From Candidatus Omnitrophota bacterium (lineage in GTDB: Bacteria > Omnitrophota > Omnitrophia > Omnitrophales > Aquincolibacteriaceae): a DNA stretch of 64,000 nucleotides. A program made the position numbers and the translations under genes. The notes beneath the pieces are model-generated. The model saw nothing but the letters and a program-made list of their open reading frames with translations. It did no database searches and was not told the origin of the DNA. Within the stretch, counting starts at the first letter, position 1; each line of letters begins with the position of its first letter. The stretch is from contig JAUYMS010000024.1 in the NCBI GenBank assembly GCA_030698625.1, positions 482 to 64,481 of the forward strand, written 5' to 3'. Positions 56,501 to 64,000 of the stretch are shown here, in pieces.

Positions 56501-59500
56501 CTGCCGCGCCCGCTCCCTCCACCGCGAATTCGCTTGGCACCCTCTTCAAGATCACGCTCGCGATCATCCAACTCTCGCAGTCTCCGATCAAACTCCATCT
56601 GCTGTTCGCGACTTTCCTTTTCGCGACGCTGCTTTTGGACTTCCCATGCGTCGGCCTTCTTCTTCCACTCCGCATTCAAAGCTTCACGATCTTTTTCCCA
56701 TTGTTTACGGAGCGCCTCAAACGATCCCTGTTCCTTCAATAGGGCGGCACGCATTGACTCAGCCTCGCTAATCTTTTTCTTATAGTGTTCGTCGCTCCCC
56801 TTAAGCTCCGCCCGAATCTTTTCAAGCTCTGCACGATCCTTCTCGATCGACTGACGCAGATCCTCAAGCGTTTTCTTCTCTTCAACGAGTTGTTCAAGTT
56901 TTTGATTAAGCTCCTGTCCCTTTTCCTGAATCGCCTTTTCCCACGCGGCCTGCCGCGCTGCAAACTCGTCTCGCTGGGAAACCAGGTTTTTCTCGGCACT
57001 CTTCAGTCGGGTTATCTGCTCACTAAGATTCCGATTCTCATCTGCAAGAGTCTTCTGCTGCTCTGTCAACTGGCGTTTTAAGCTCTCGGCTTCCAGCCTC
57101 TCCTGCCCAAGATCCTCCTGTGAGGCTCGCAAAGCCGTAAGTTCTTTTTCACGAACTAGCAGCTCCTTCATCTTTTTCTCGATATCGTCACTACGCAAAA
57201 TCAAGTCGACCTCACGCTCTTCAAGCGCCACGGCCTTGGCGTCCAAGTTTTGAACCCTTTCATCAAAACCTTGCTGGCGGACATCGAATTCTTGTTCCCA
57301 ACGTTTAGCCCATTCATTGAAAAGGCGCGCTTCCTCTGCAAGCTTCTCAGCTTCCTTTTGATTGCGCTCGTCCCACTCCGTTCTTTTCTCGGACAGAGTT
57401 TGACTGTCCATCAACATGCTTTCTTTCGATCTCTCCACTTCGCGAATTCGTTCGGTGGACTCTACTTCGCGCCTTTCGATCTCACGCCGTTCCGCTTCAA
57501 GCCGGCGCGCGGTACTTTCAAGAGAAGCCTCACGCTCAACCAAAGCATGCTGCTGAGCTGCCAAATCGTCTTCAAACTGCGCCAGATTCTGGCGCCCACG
57601 CCCCAATTCCAGCTGCCGCGCCTCCTCGCTTGCCTGAACCGCCAAGTCGCGCTGTCTTAATTCATCTTCCCTCTCTGCTAACTCCCGCCATCTTTCCTGG
57701 CGACGAGTCTCCCAAATCGCCTGATCAGATTCGAAAGCCTGCTTATCGGCCATGAGTTCGCGCTTAAGCTGCTCTTCGTCAAAAGTCGCTTTCTTAAACT
57801 GGGCTTTTTCTTGTTCTAATGCCCGCTTACTTTCTTCCAAACGCACCATTTCGTCCTCAAAATCCTGCTCGCGCGCCTCAAGCCTACTCTGCTGGCCCTT
57901 CAATATTTCTGATTTTTCATTAATGAGTCGCATTTCCTCGGCTAACTGACGGGCACTCAGGCCCAATTCATCTTGGGATTTTTTTGTCCGGCTTTCCCAG
58001 TCAGCGTTCTTACGCTCAACGTCTTCAGCCTGACGTTTCAACTCCTGTTCAGCTTGAAGACGCTTAGCCTCCCAGTCATCCTTGCTGACGAGAAAATCGA
58101 TGCGTCTCTGTTCCTGCTTTGCCGCCTCCGCAGACAGACGACTCTTTTCCTCTTCAAGCGACTTCGCGCTCAAAGCCAGTCTTTCACCCTCCAGTTTGAG
58201 CTGATTACTTCTTGTCTCAAGGGAAGATTCCATCTCTTCAAATTTCACGGCTTGAGCTTCGACCTTCGCCCGCTCTTCGTCGAGATGCTTCGCATCCGCC
58301 GCCAGCTGCTGTTCGGCTCTAGATTGCTGTTCTCTCCAAGCTGTCACACTGTTATCAAAAGCCGTTCTTTGAGCGGCCAACTCACGCTCTTCGGAATTAT
58401 GCCGCGCATCAGATGCCGCCTTCTCGCTGCTAAATTCCTCTTGCCGCTGTCTCAGAAGAGCCGAGTCCTTGTCAAAGTTCGCTGCCTCTGCGGCCAATGT
58501 CTCGCGCTTGCGGTCTAAGACTTCGCGCTCCTCACGAAAATTCTCCTGATTTGCAGTGAGTGCCTTTTCACTTACGTGTAAAGCAGACGCACGCTTACTA
58601 ATATCATCCTGCTCGGCTTTGAGGCGCTCGGCTTCCTTCTGCAGCGCATCCTCTTTCGCCTGAATCTCCGCGGCCCAAACCATCTGCCGCTCTTTGAAAT
58701 CTTTTTTCTCGCCCAGGAACTGCATGCTGGCAATACCCTGCTTTGACTCAAACGCTTTTTTCTCGAGTCCGAATTCTCTCTTATCCTCCTCGAACGCCGC
58801 CAGCAATCCTTTTATCCTCATGCGTTCATTCTTAACGCGTGTCTCCTCCGCCTCATTACTTACCCGTTTAGTATCAAGCGCTGCTTCTTTAGAATCTACC
58901 TCTTGTTTCAATATTTCGATTTTTTCACTGCGCGTTTCCAGCGCCTTTAGGCGGTCCCGAAGGTCCTGTTCCCTAATCACCAGAGCCTTCTCAACTTCGT
59001 TCCGGCGGGCATCCCAAGCAGCAATCTGACCTTCCACAAGGCTCTGACGCTCTGCGATTTCCTGCTCGCGGGCAAATCGCTGTTCCTCGTACTTTTTGCG
59101 ATCGGCAGTCAACTTCGCTTCCCGCTCTTCAAGACGCTTGCCTGCGTCAGAAAATTCAGCGCGCTCCTGCAGCAATTGTTTCTTACCTTGCTCCAAGTCC
59201 TGCAGCTTTCCGCCCAGATCGGTACGCTTGGCCTCTAGGGCTTGTTCTCCATCCTGAACGACCATCAGCCTGGTGTCCAAGTCTGCATGACCTTGATCAA
59301 GCTTTCTCTGTCTTTCAGTAATCTCTGACTCCTTTTCCCGCTTCTGTCGAGTCCACTCCGTGAGCGTCTCATTGAGAGCCTGCCGCTGATCACCGATCTC
59401 TTTTTCGAATGCCTTTTGCTTGTCCACAAAGGCCGCCGCTTCCGCACGAAATTCTTTTTCAGCTTCCGCCTGTTGCGCCAGTCGTGCACTTAAATCAGCC

Positions 59501-62500
59501 CGTTCGCCCGACAGCGACTCCGTTTCTTGTTTCAACTTTCGCATGCGTTCCTGCCACTCCGTTTGCAGCTTAGCAGTCTGTTCTTCTCTCGATGAAAGCT
59601 CTGCACGGGTCTTATCTAAAAGACCCTGCCGTTCTGCAATTTCCCCCTGGGTCCGCGTCAACTCATCTTCGGCTATTTTCTGCTTCGCCGTCCACTCCAT
59701 TTGTTCTCGCTCAAAGTCTTCCCTCTGACGCCCGAGACGACTCTCCGTCGATGACTGTTTCTCCGCGAACGCTGCCCGGCGAGCATCAAACTCCTTTTGT
59801 CCCTCGGAGAACTTCTCCTCATCACGCTTCAATTCAGACTTTTGTGCCGACAGGGTAGTTCGATCGTCTTCCAGTTTTTCAGTCGCTTTCCCCAATTCCA
59901 AACGCTCGGCATCTAAAAGCAGCTTCGCATCATTTAATGCTTCACGTTCATCGCGCAATTTTTCACTTCCAAGCTTCATGTCCTGCTCTCTGCTTGCCAG
60001 AGCCGTCTCCCTTTCAACCATTTCAGTCTTCCAGCCGCGGATTTTCGCCTCGACAGCATTACGTTCCGTAGCAAGAGCCTTACGCTCACCCTCTTGGTCG
60101 GTTTCAAATGCGCGACGCCTGGTCTCAAGCTCTTCACTTAAGCGTCTCTGCTCTCCCTGCGAAGCTTCCAACTGCTTGTTCTCTCTCGCCAGCTCAGCCC
60201 GCGCCTTCTCCCATTCGGCCAAGTCACGGCTCAACTCCGTACGCTTTTGTTCCACGCCCTGTTCCGATTCTTCAAGGCTACGAAGTTGTTCTGCGATATC
60301 TGCCGACTTCCGGTCAGCCTTTTCTGCCTCCGCATTGGCGGCACGTGTCTTATCGGATAAAAGCTGTTGTGCGATCGCCTGCTCTGCTTGCCACTCTGAT
60401 TTTGCCGTGCGCAGGGCTTCTCTATCCCGTTTAATCATTTCCCGTTCTGTGGCCTGCTCTGCGGTTAAAGAATTCAAGCGGTCTTTTTCCTTTGTTACGG
60501 CCGCGCGACCCTTCGCAGACTCCTCCGACTCACGTTCTAAAGCAGTCCGCTGCTCAGCCATTTCCTTCTCGGCCTGCTGTAGTTTCTCTAATCGCTTCTT
60601 CGCTTCCGAATCCTGCTGTTGCAATTTCCCCAGTTTGCCACTCAGCAGGGCAGACTCGCTTTCGAGACGGCTTTTCTGAGCCGCGAGTTCTCTCTCCGCA
60701 TGCTCACGGTTCGCCTCCCACGTAGCCACCTGCGAGGTGTGTGCCGTTTGGCGCACCGCAAAATCTCTTTCCTCGGCAGCCAGTTTCTCCCGTTCCGTCT
60801 CCTGCTCGGCAGTCATTAATTCCAAACGTGTCCGTTCCTTTTCGAGCGCTACCGTTTTGGCTTGAGTTTCGGCTAGACTTTTTTCTGCCGCACTCCGTGC
60901 AACCGTCACTTGCCTTTCCGAACCCTCAAGTTGGGCGAACCGGGCATTCATATCCGAGGCCCGGCGGTCCAAGTCATTCGCTCGCGTTTCAAGTGACGCA
61001 GATTTTTCGCCGAGTTGCCGCTCTTCGCGCTCAAGTTTTGCCTGTAAATTTTTCTGTGCTTCATGCCATCGCTCCCGCTCCGACGCAAAAGCGGCTTGTT
61101 CGAATTTAAGGCTCTCCGTCAATTCAATCTGCCTTTCGCCAAAAGTCTGTTTTTCATCCTCGAACGCCTTAGTCATCTCCTCCTGGCGATTCCGCTCGGC
61201 CTGCAACCGGGAGCTGTTCCTTTCCAGATCTTGCTGCGCCTGTTCTAAGGCTTTTCTATTTCGCTCAAACGCCGCACGCTGTGCGGCCAATTCTGCATCA
61301 GTCTTCTGGAGGCTGTCTAAGCGTTCATGGATCATTTGAGTCTGGCGTTCGATTTCTCGCTGCCTTTCTTTAAGCAGAATATCTTGTTTTTCCACGGCAG
61401 TTTTAACATCCGCCAGTTCAATTCTTGCACCCTTAAGCCCGGTCTCTCGCCTCGAAAGCTCTCCGTTGATTTCCCGCTGACGGGCCGCTAATTCCTCCTG
61501 CTCCCGTTTCATCTGAGCCAACTCAGCATATTTATTCTCCAGGATCTTTTCCTGTTCACTAATCGCATTTTGCTCACCATCCAACTGACGCCGCATCTCC
61601 TGAGTATTTTTCTCCGCAAACGCGACAGCCTTCGCGCGCGCATCCAGTTCGGCGGATTGAGCAGCAAGTTCTTGGGAGCGCTCGGAAAAATCAGCCACCT
61701 GCTTTTTCAGCCGTTCCTCTGTGCGGGAAAAGTCAGCAAGCGCGTCTTCCTGTCTGTTCGTCAATGCCGCCTCTTGTGCCGACAAAGCGTTAGTACGCTC
61801 CGCGAAGTCTTTTTCACGTTTTATTCTTGCGGCTTCATCACTCTGCTTAGCCGCAGTCAATTCAGCCTGGAGCCCTTGGACCGTCTGGCGTTCCTTCTCC
61901 AATGTCTGGCGCTCATCGCGCGCCTCAGACAAAGTCTTTTCCAGATTTTCCTTTTCGATCTGAATCCTAGCCTTATCCGACTTCAACTCGTCAAAGTCCT
62001 TTTTGGCCTTCTCAGTCTGCGCCGCCAATTCAGCTGCACGCTTCTGCGTAACGGCGGCTCTCTCATTAAGGCTCTTTACTTTAGCCGCGAGAACGGTTTG
62101 GGCCTTTTTATACGCGGCCTCCCATTTTGTGTTTTTTTCATTGAAGGATTTCTGCAAACCGTCAAAGACCTGCCGATCTTGTTCAAATGCAGCCGCACGT
62201 TCATTCAGCAACGCGACCTGGCTATCCGATTCGGCGCGCTGATCTGTAAGAGTCTTCTCACTCCTAGAAAGCTCGGACTTTTGAAGCTCAAGCGCTTGTT
62301 CCGTCTTAATGATTTCGGCGGTCCGATCTTTGATATCTTTCGAGCGCTCATTTATCTGAAGTTCCTTACTTTCTATCTCGGCCCGGGCTCGCTCTTGGTC
62401 CCCGCGCTCGGCATCAAGCGCCTTACGCTCCTGGACCTGCTTTGCGACGAGGCTGTCGAGCTCTTTGCGCTCACGGGCAAAACTCTCGCTCTTTTCCTTT

Positions 62501-64000
62501 AATTCGGCTGTCCGACGATCCAGGTCTGCGGTCGCCCCCTGATTACGCGTCTCAGCCGCCGCCAAAGTTAATTCCTTCGCAGTCAGCAGCTTTTCTGTCT
62601 TAACGATTTCGGCAGCAAGGCGATTAAGGTCGGTCGCCCGTTTTTCGATCGCATCGCGATCCACATTCAATTCATGGCTGCGCTCACTCAGATTTTTCGC
62701 TTCCTGCTGCAGACGACCGTTCTCACCCTCCAGCCCTGACGCTTTAGCCGACACTTCTCCCTCACGTTGATCCAGTGCTTTTCTCTGATTTCGTAACTTG
62801 CCTGCCTCGGCCACCAGAGACTTTTTACTTATATCGATGCGGCTGCGCTCCTGCTCCAAGGCAAGAATACTCTGAGACAAATCTTCCTCACGCTTCTTGA
62901 TGCGTTCCAGGCGGACTTCCGTTTTCTTCTCCTGCACATCGACTTGCCGCAATCGCGTCTCTGTTTCTTTGAGACGCTTCGTCACATCAGACTCCCGCTC
63001 TGCCACTGCCTGCTCGCGACCCTCAATCTCAGTGCGCCATTCAGTCTGTTTCACCTCAAACGCCTCTTGCTGAGATCCAAATCGCTCCACGGCACTCTCA
63101 AGGCTGTTTCTGTGCCCATCCAATTCTTTTTGTCGCCCCTCGACACTCTTCTGTTCAGCTGCAAGCGCCTCGCGTATTTCCTGAGTCTGGGTTTGCCATT
63201 CCGCTCGCTCTTGCTCGAACTTTTTGGTGGCATCTTCAAAAACTTCACCGAGCCACACTTGCTCAGTTAGCCGAAGCTCAAGCTTATTCCGCGCTTCGTC
63301 TAAAGCGGTCGTGTCTGCAACTAAGCGAGCTTCCCGGGCTGCAACGTCTTTCTTACTGGCCTCAAAGGCTGCTAACTTCTGAGCCGTTTCCGCCTCTCTT
63401 GCGACAACTTCATCAAGTCTTGCCTGCACACTTTCCGATTTCCTGACTAAACCCTGTTGCTGATCCGCGAAGGCTTTCTGCTCCGCGGCGAGATTAGTCA
63501 CAGCCGACTCCACAGCGGCCCTTTCCTTATTGAGGGCTGCCGCACGGCTCTCAAAATCCTTCAATCCCTCCGTTAGCGCACCCTGCCGTTCTTTCAGGTC
63601 CTTTTCACCTTGAGCGAGCTTAGCCGCTCGGCTTTCGAGCGCTCCGGTCTGCTGTTGTAAGTCTCGGGCAAGTTTTTCGAACTCTGACTTAGTTTTCTTT
63701 CGCTCGGATTCCCGGGCCGCAGCGCGCTTCTCCAGCGCACCCTCGGCTTCGGCAAACTCTTGCCCACGCTGTTTACGCTCCTCATTAAACTGCGCCCACA
63801 AGGCTTCGAGATCGCTGCGCTCTCTGGCCTCCGCCTGCAACAACTGGTCCACTTTAGCGCGTTTGACATCAATCGATTGGGCGCGTTCGGTCAATTGCTT
63901 CGTCACACCTTCCAACTCTCCGCGCAGAGCCTCAAACCGAGTCTCACCATCAAGCAATGCGGCACCCTTCTCATCAAGTGCCCCGGCACGCTCTTTTAAT
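53572..64000 (-). CDS. Giant coiled-coil protein, 5'-partial (>=3475 aa)
   Basis: The frame stays open upstream of the track start at 63957 (LKERAGALDEKGAALLDGE...) to the window edge. E/K/R/Q/A/L-rich heptad sequence with almost no Pro. Confidence 0.92.
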   Translation of the reverse strand, partial: LKERAGALDEKGAALLDGETRFEALRGELEGVTKQLTERAQSIDVKRAKVDQLLQAEARERSDLEALWAQFNEERKQRGQEFAEAEGALEKRAAARESERKKTKSEFEKLARDLQQQTGALESRAAKLAQGEKDLKERQGALTEGLKDFESRAAALNKERAAVESAVTNLAAEQKAFADQQQGLVRKSESVQARLDEVVAREAETAQKLAAFEASKKDVAAREARLVADTTALDEARNKLELRLTEQVWLGEVFEDATKKFEQERAEWQTQTQEIREALAAEQKSVEGRQKELDGHRNSLESAVERFGSQQEAFEVKQTEWRTEIEGREQAVAERESDVTKRLKETETRLRQVDVQEKKTEVRLERIKKREEDLSQSILALEQERSRIDISKKSLVAEAGKLRNQRKALDQREGEVSAKASGLEGENGRLQQEAKNLSERSHELNVDRDAIEKRATDLNRLAAEIVKTEKLLTAKELTLAAAETRNQGATADLDRRTAELKEKSESFARERKELDSLVAKQVQERKALDAERGDQERARAEIESKELQINERSKDIKDRTAEIIKTEQALELQKSELSRSEKTLTDQRAESDSQVALLNERAAAFEQDRQVFDGLQKSFNEKNTKWEAAYKKAQTVLAAKVKSLNERAAVTQKRAAELAAQTEKAKKDFDELKSDKARIQIEKENLEKTLSEARDERQTLEKERQTVQGLQAELTAAKQSDEAARIKREKDFAERTNALSAQEAALTNRQEDALADFSRTEERLKKQVADFSERSQELAAQSAELDARAKAVAFAEKNTQEMRRQLDGEQNAISEQEKILENKYAELAQMKREQEELAARQREINGELSRRETGLKGARIELADVKTAVEKQDILLKERQREIERQTQMIHERLDSLQKTDAELAAQRAAFERNRKALEQAQQDLERNSSRLQAERNRQEEMTKAFEDEKQTFGERQIELTESLKFEQAAFASERERWHEAQKNLQAKLEREERQLGEKSASLETRANDLDRRASDMNARFAQLEGSERQVTVARSAAEKSLAETQAKTVALEKERTRLELMTAEQETEREKLAAEERDFAVRQTAHTSQVATWEANREHAERELAAQKSRLESESALLSGKLGKLQQQDSEAKKRLEKLQQAEKEMAEQRTALERESEESAKGRAAVTKEKDRLNSLTAEQATEREMIKRDREALRTAKSEWQAEQAIAQQLLSDKTRAANAEAEKADRKSADIAEQLRSLEESEQGVEQKRTELSRDLAEWEKARAELARENKQLEASQGEQRRLSEELETRRRAFETDQEGERKALATERNAVEAKIRGWKTEMVERETALASREQDMKLGSEKLRDEREALNDAKLLLDAERLELGKATEKLEDDRTTLSAQKSELKRDEEKFSEGQKEFDARRAAFAEKQSSTESRLGRQREDFEREQMEWTAKQKIAEDELTRTQGEIAERQGLLDKTRAELSSREEQTAKLQTEWQERMRKLKQETESLSGERADLSARLAQQAEAEKEFRAEAAAFVDKQKAFEKEIGDQRQALNETLTEWTRQKREKESEITERQRKLDQGHADLDTRLMVVQDGEQALEAKRTDLGGKLQDLEQGKKQLLQERAEFSDAGKRLEEREAKLTADRKKYEEQRFAREQEIAERQSLVEGQIAAWDARRNEVEKALVIREQDLRDRLKALETRSEKIEILKQEVDSKEAALDTKRVSNEAEETRVKNERMRIKGLLAAFEEDKREFGLEKKAFESKQGIASMQFLGEKKDFKERQMVWAAEIQAKEDALQKEAERLKAEQDDISKRASALHVSEKALTANQENFREEREVLDRKRETLAAEAANFDKDSALLRQRQEEFSSEKAASDARHNSEERELAAQRTAFDNSVTAWREQQSRAEQQLAADAKHLDEERAKVEAQAVKFEEMESSLETRSNQLKLEGERLALSAKSLEEEKSRLSAEAAKQEQRRIDFLVSKDDWEAKRLQAEQELKRQAEDVERKNADWESRTKKSQDELGLSARQLAEEMRLINEKSEILKGQQSRLEAREQDFEDEMVRLEESKRALEQEKAQFKKATFDEEQLKRELMADKQAFESDQAIWETRRQERWRELAEREDELRQRDLAVQASEEARQLELGRGRQNLAQFEDDLAAQQHALVEREASLESTARRLEAERREIERREVESTERIREVERSKESMLMDSQTLSEKRTEWDERNQKEAEKLAEEARLFNEWAKRWEQEFDVRQQGFDERVQNLDAKAVALEEREVDLILRSDDIEKKMKELLVREKELTALRASQEDLGQERLEAESLKRQLTEQQKTLADENRNLSEQITRLKSAEKNLVSQRDEFAARQAAWEKAIQEKGQELNQKLEQLVEEKKTLEDLRQSIEKDRAELEKIRAELKGSDEHYKKKISEAESMRAALLKEQGSFEALRKQWEKDREALNAEWKKKADAWEVQKQRREKESREQQMEFDRRLRELDDRERDLEEGAKRIRGGGSGRGSDGKELKALQKRLDDRAEQLGSEARDLSKERERLDEERAALDRERKRAEASRLQMAKQFEGKEEQVAVWQTEMAFDVREEDIREERMRLKKRDEELNAAIADLDKREKTYNHQSRQLGESEKRLERDREEFVIEREQWQRRYERIEERLGRQRQELEAQEAAIEARRKSSVLMPEGQDGLGGQAASGDVGNLAAERAALRKERREFDERREKWENKSEKVLTELTRKKGELDMRERELERKYSAEASAFAGRAADIDGRTDQARTRATELEAARSAMDKERGEIRQRHEELEKEERGLYQSTKALEEQQKAFEREREAWEENRKKVADELTAQAEVLNEWQMKWEDEFDQKRKLFNERVERLEKREAEVDKHIAETPAPTGSEGTAQDEVLRNELESARRELTEARASWESEFKSQKEAWEQRARTIEQQEKAVQVRQQSLESARGKIDVDRTALESERVTFEGEKKRLEDDRRSLENERKTWQGKSKKEMSSVAAEKAAFEKRVKEWELERDEETSTYERRVKQLENRLHELRKEESDLKDERSKLERRAEKIEETAQELSKRERVLQERLSDLSRQDEVVESERETFEKMKNEWLKERDAGKEALDKRETDFLQARKTFDENALALDQRIAAWDEEKAGLLRREAETIKADWEKDVAGRERMLSERESKVLSVRATLLGQIKKVREEQERWQTQQQKILADLSVRSEMLEDFDKNFLPRVTEYQMQLDEVKAEIGERAKELDRRSQELEREAQAIRDEKEKFSEARKASVSVRELAVSNWENERQRRETDLKQQEEKIKVDSEGVTSKMAILEEAEKRIVKQREELEKREAELKKLQGKNSDDARRSLKKEQQELAARERDLKKQTTQLKSDRQALEALLRNHEENQEAYEKTRSELSQQEEQVKNREQKLQELEGKLEGRQRELDVRLEQLEKQRIEMVEKNRGLEVRERALESKASQLEAQLVKMRQSLQLN

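Noticed and set aside
53572-64000. Calling the coiled-coil giant SMC because scpAB are in the window
   Set aside because: Far too long, and no hinge, LSGG signature or Walker B motif is present near the C-terminus.

Overview
Bacterial chromosomal window with no mobile element, almost entirely coding on the minus strand. About half of it is three giant genes. (1) An ORF missing from the supplied track: ATG at 8608 (minus), open to the left edge, at least 2869 aa. (2) An adjacent 4552-aa ORF at 8699-22357. (3) A coiled-coil ORF of at least 3475 aa at 53572->64000, open at the right edge. The two tandem giants share a signal peptide and a ~650-aa N-terminal domain with EreA/ChaN/TIKI-like motifs (DAH, EG, R[DE], GGFH). 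Both are divided into segments by an exact pentapeptide, RSELR (9 copies, all with different codons). The segments carry cytoplasmic-type cargo: an array of 11 HTH-like units, a SNF2 ATPase, a SAM-methyltransferase-like domain, TPR-like and possibly sigma-like segments. My best inference is an exported, self-processing effector polyprotein system; this is untested. The middle of the window is housekeeping: lpxA, fabF, rpsA, tyrA, aroF, hisC, pheA, scpAB, trpS, aldolase-SDR fusion, acyl-CoA dehydrogenase, rlmI, uppP, manC, PMM/PGM, tRNA-Leu(GAG), tRNA-Gln(CTG), response regulators, HIT, gltX, nadK, dxs, ispA, xseAB, 5-formyl-THF cyclo-ligase and an outer-membrane barrel. The organism is a diderm (lpxA, barrel). 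The giant-gene style is reminiscent of Ca. Omnitrophota, which is an inference only.
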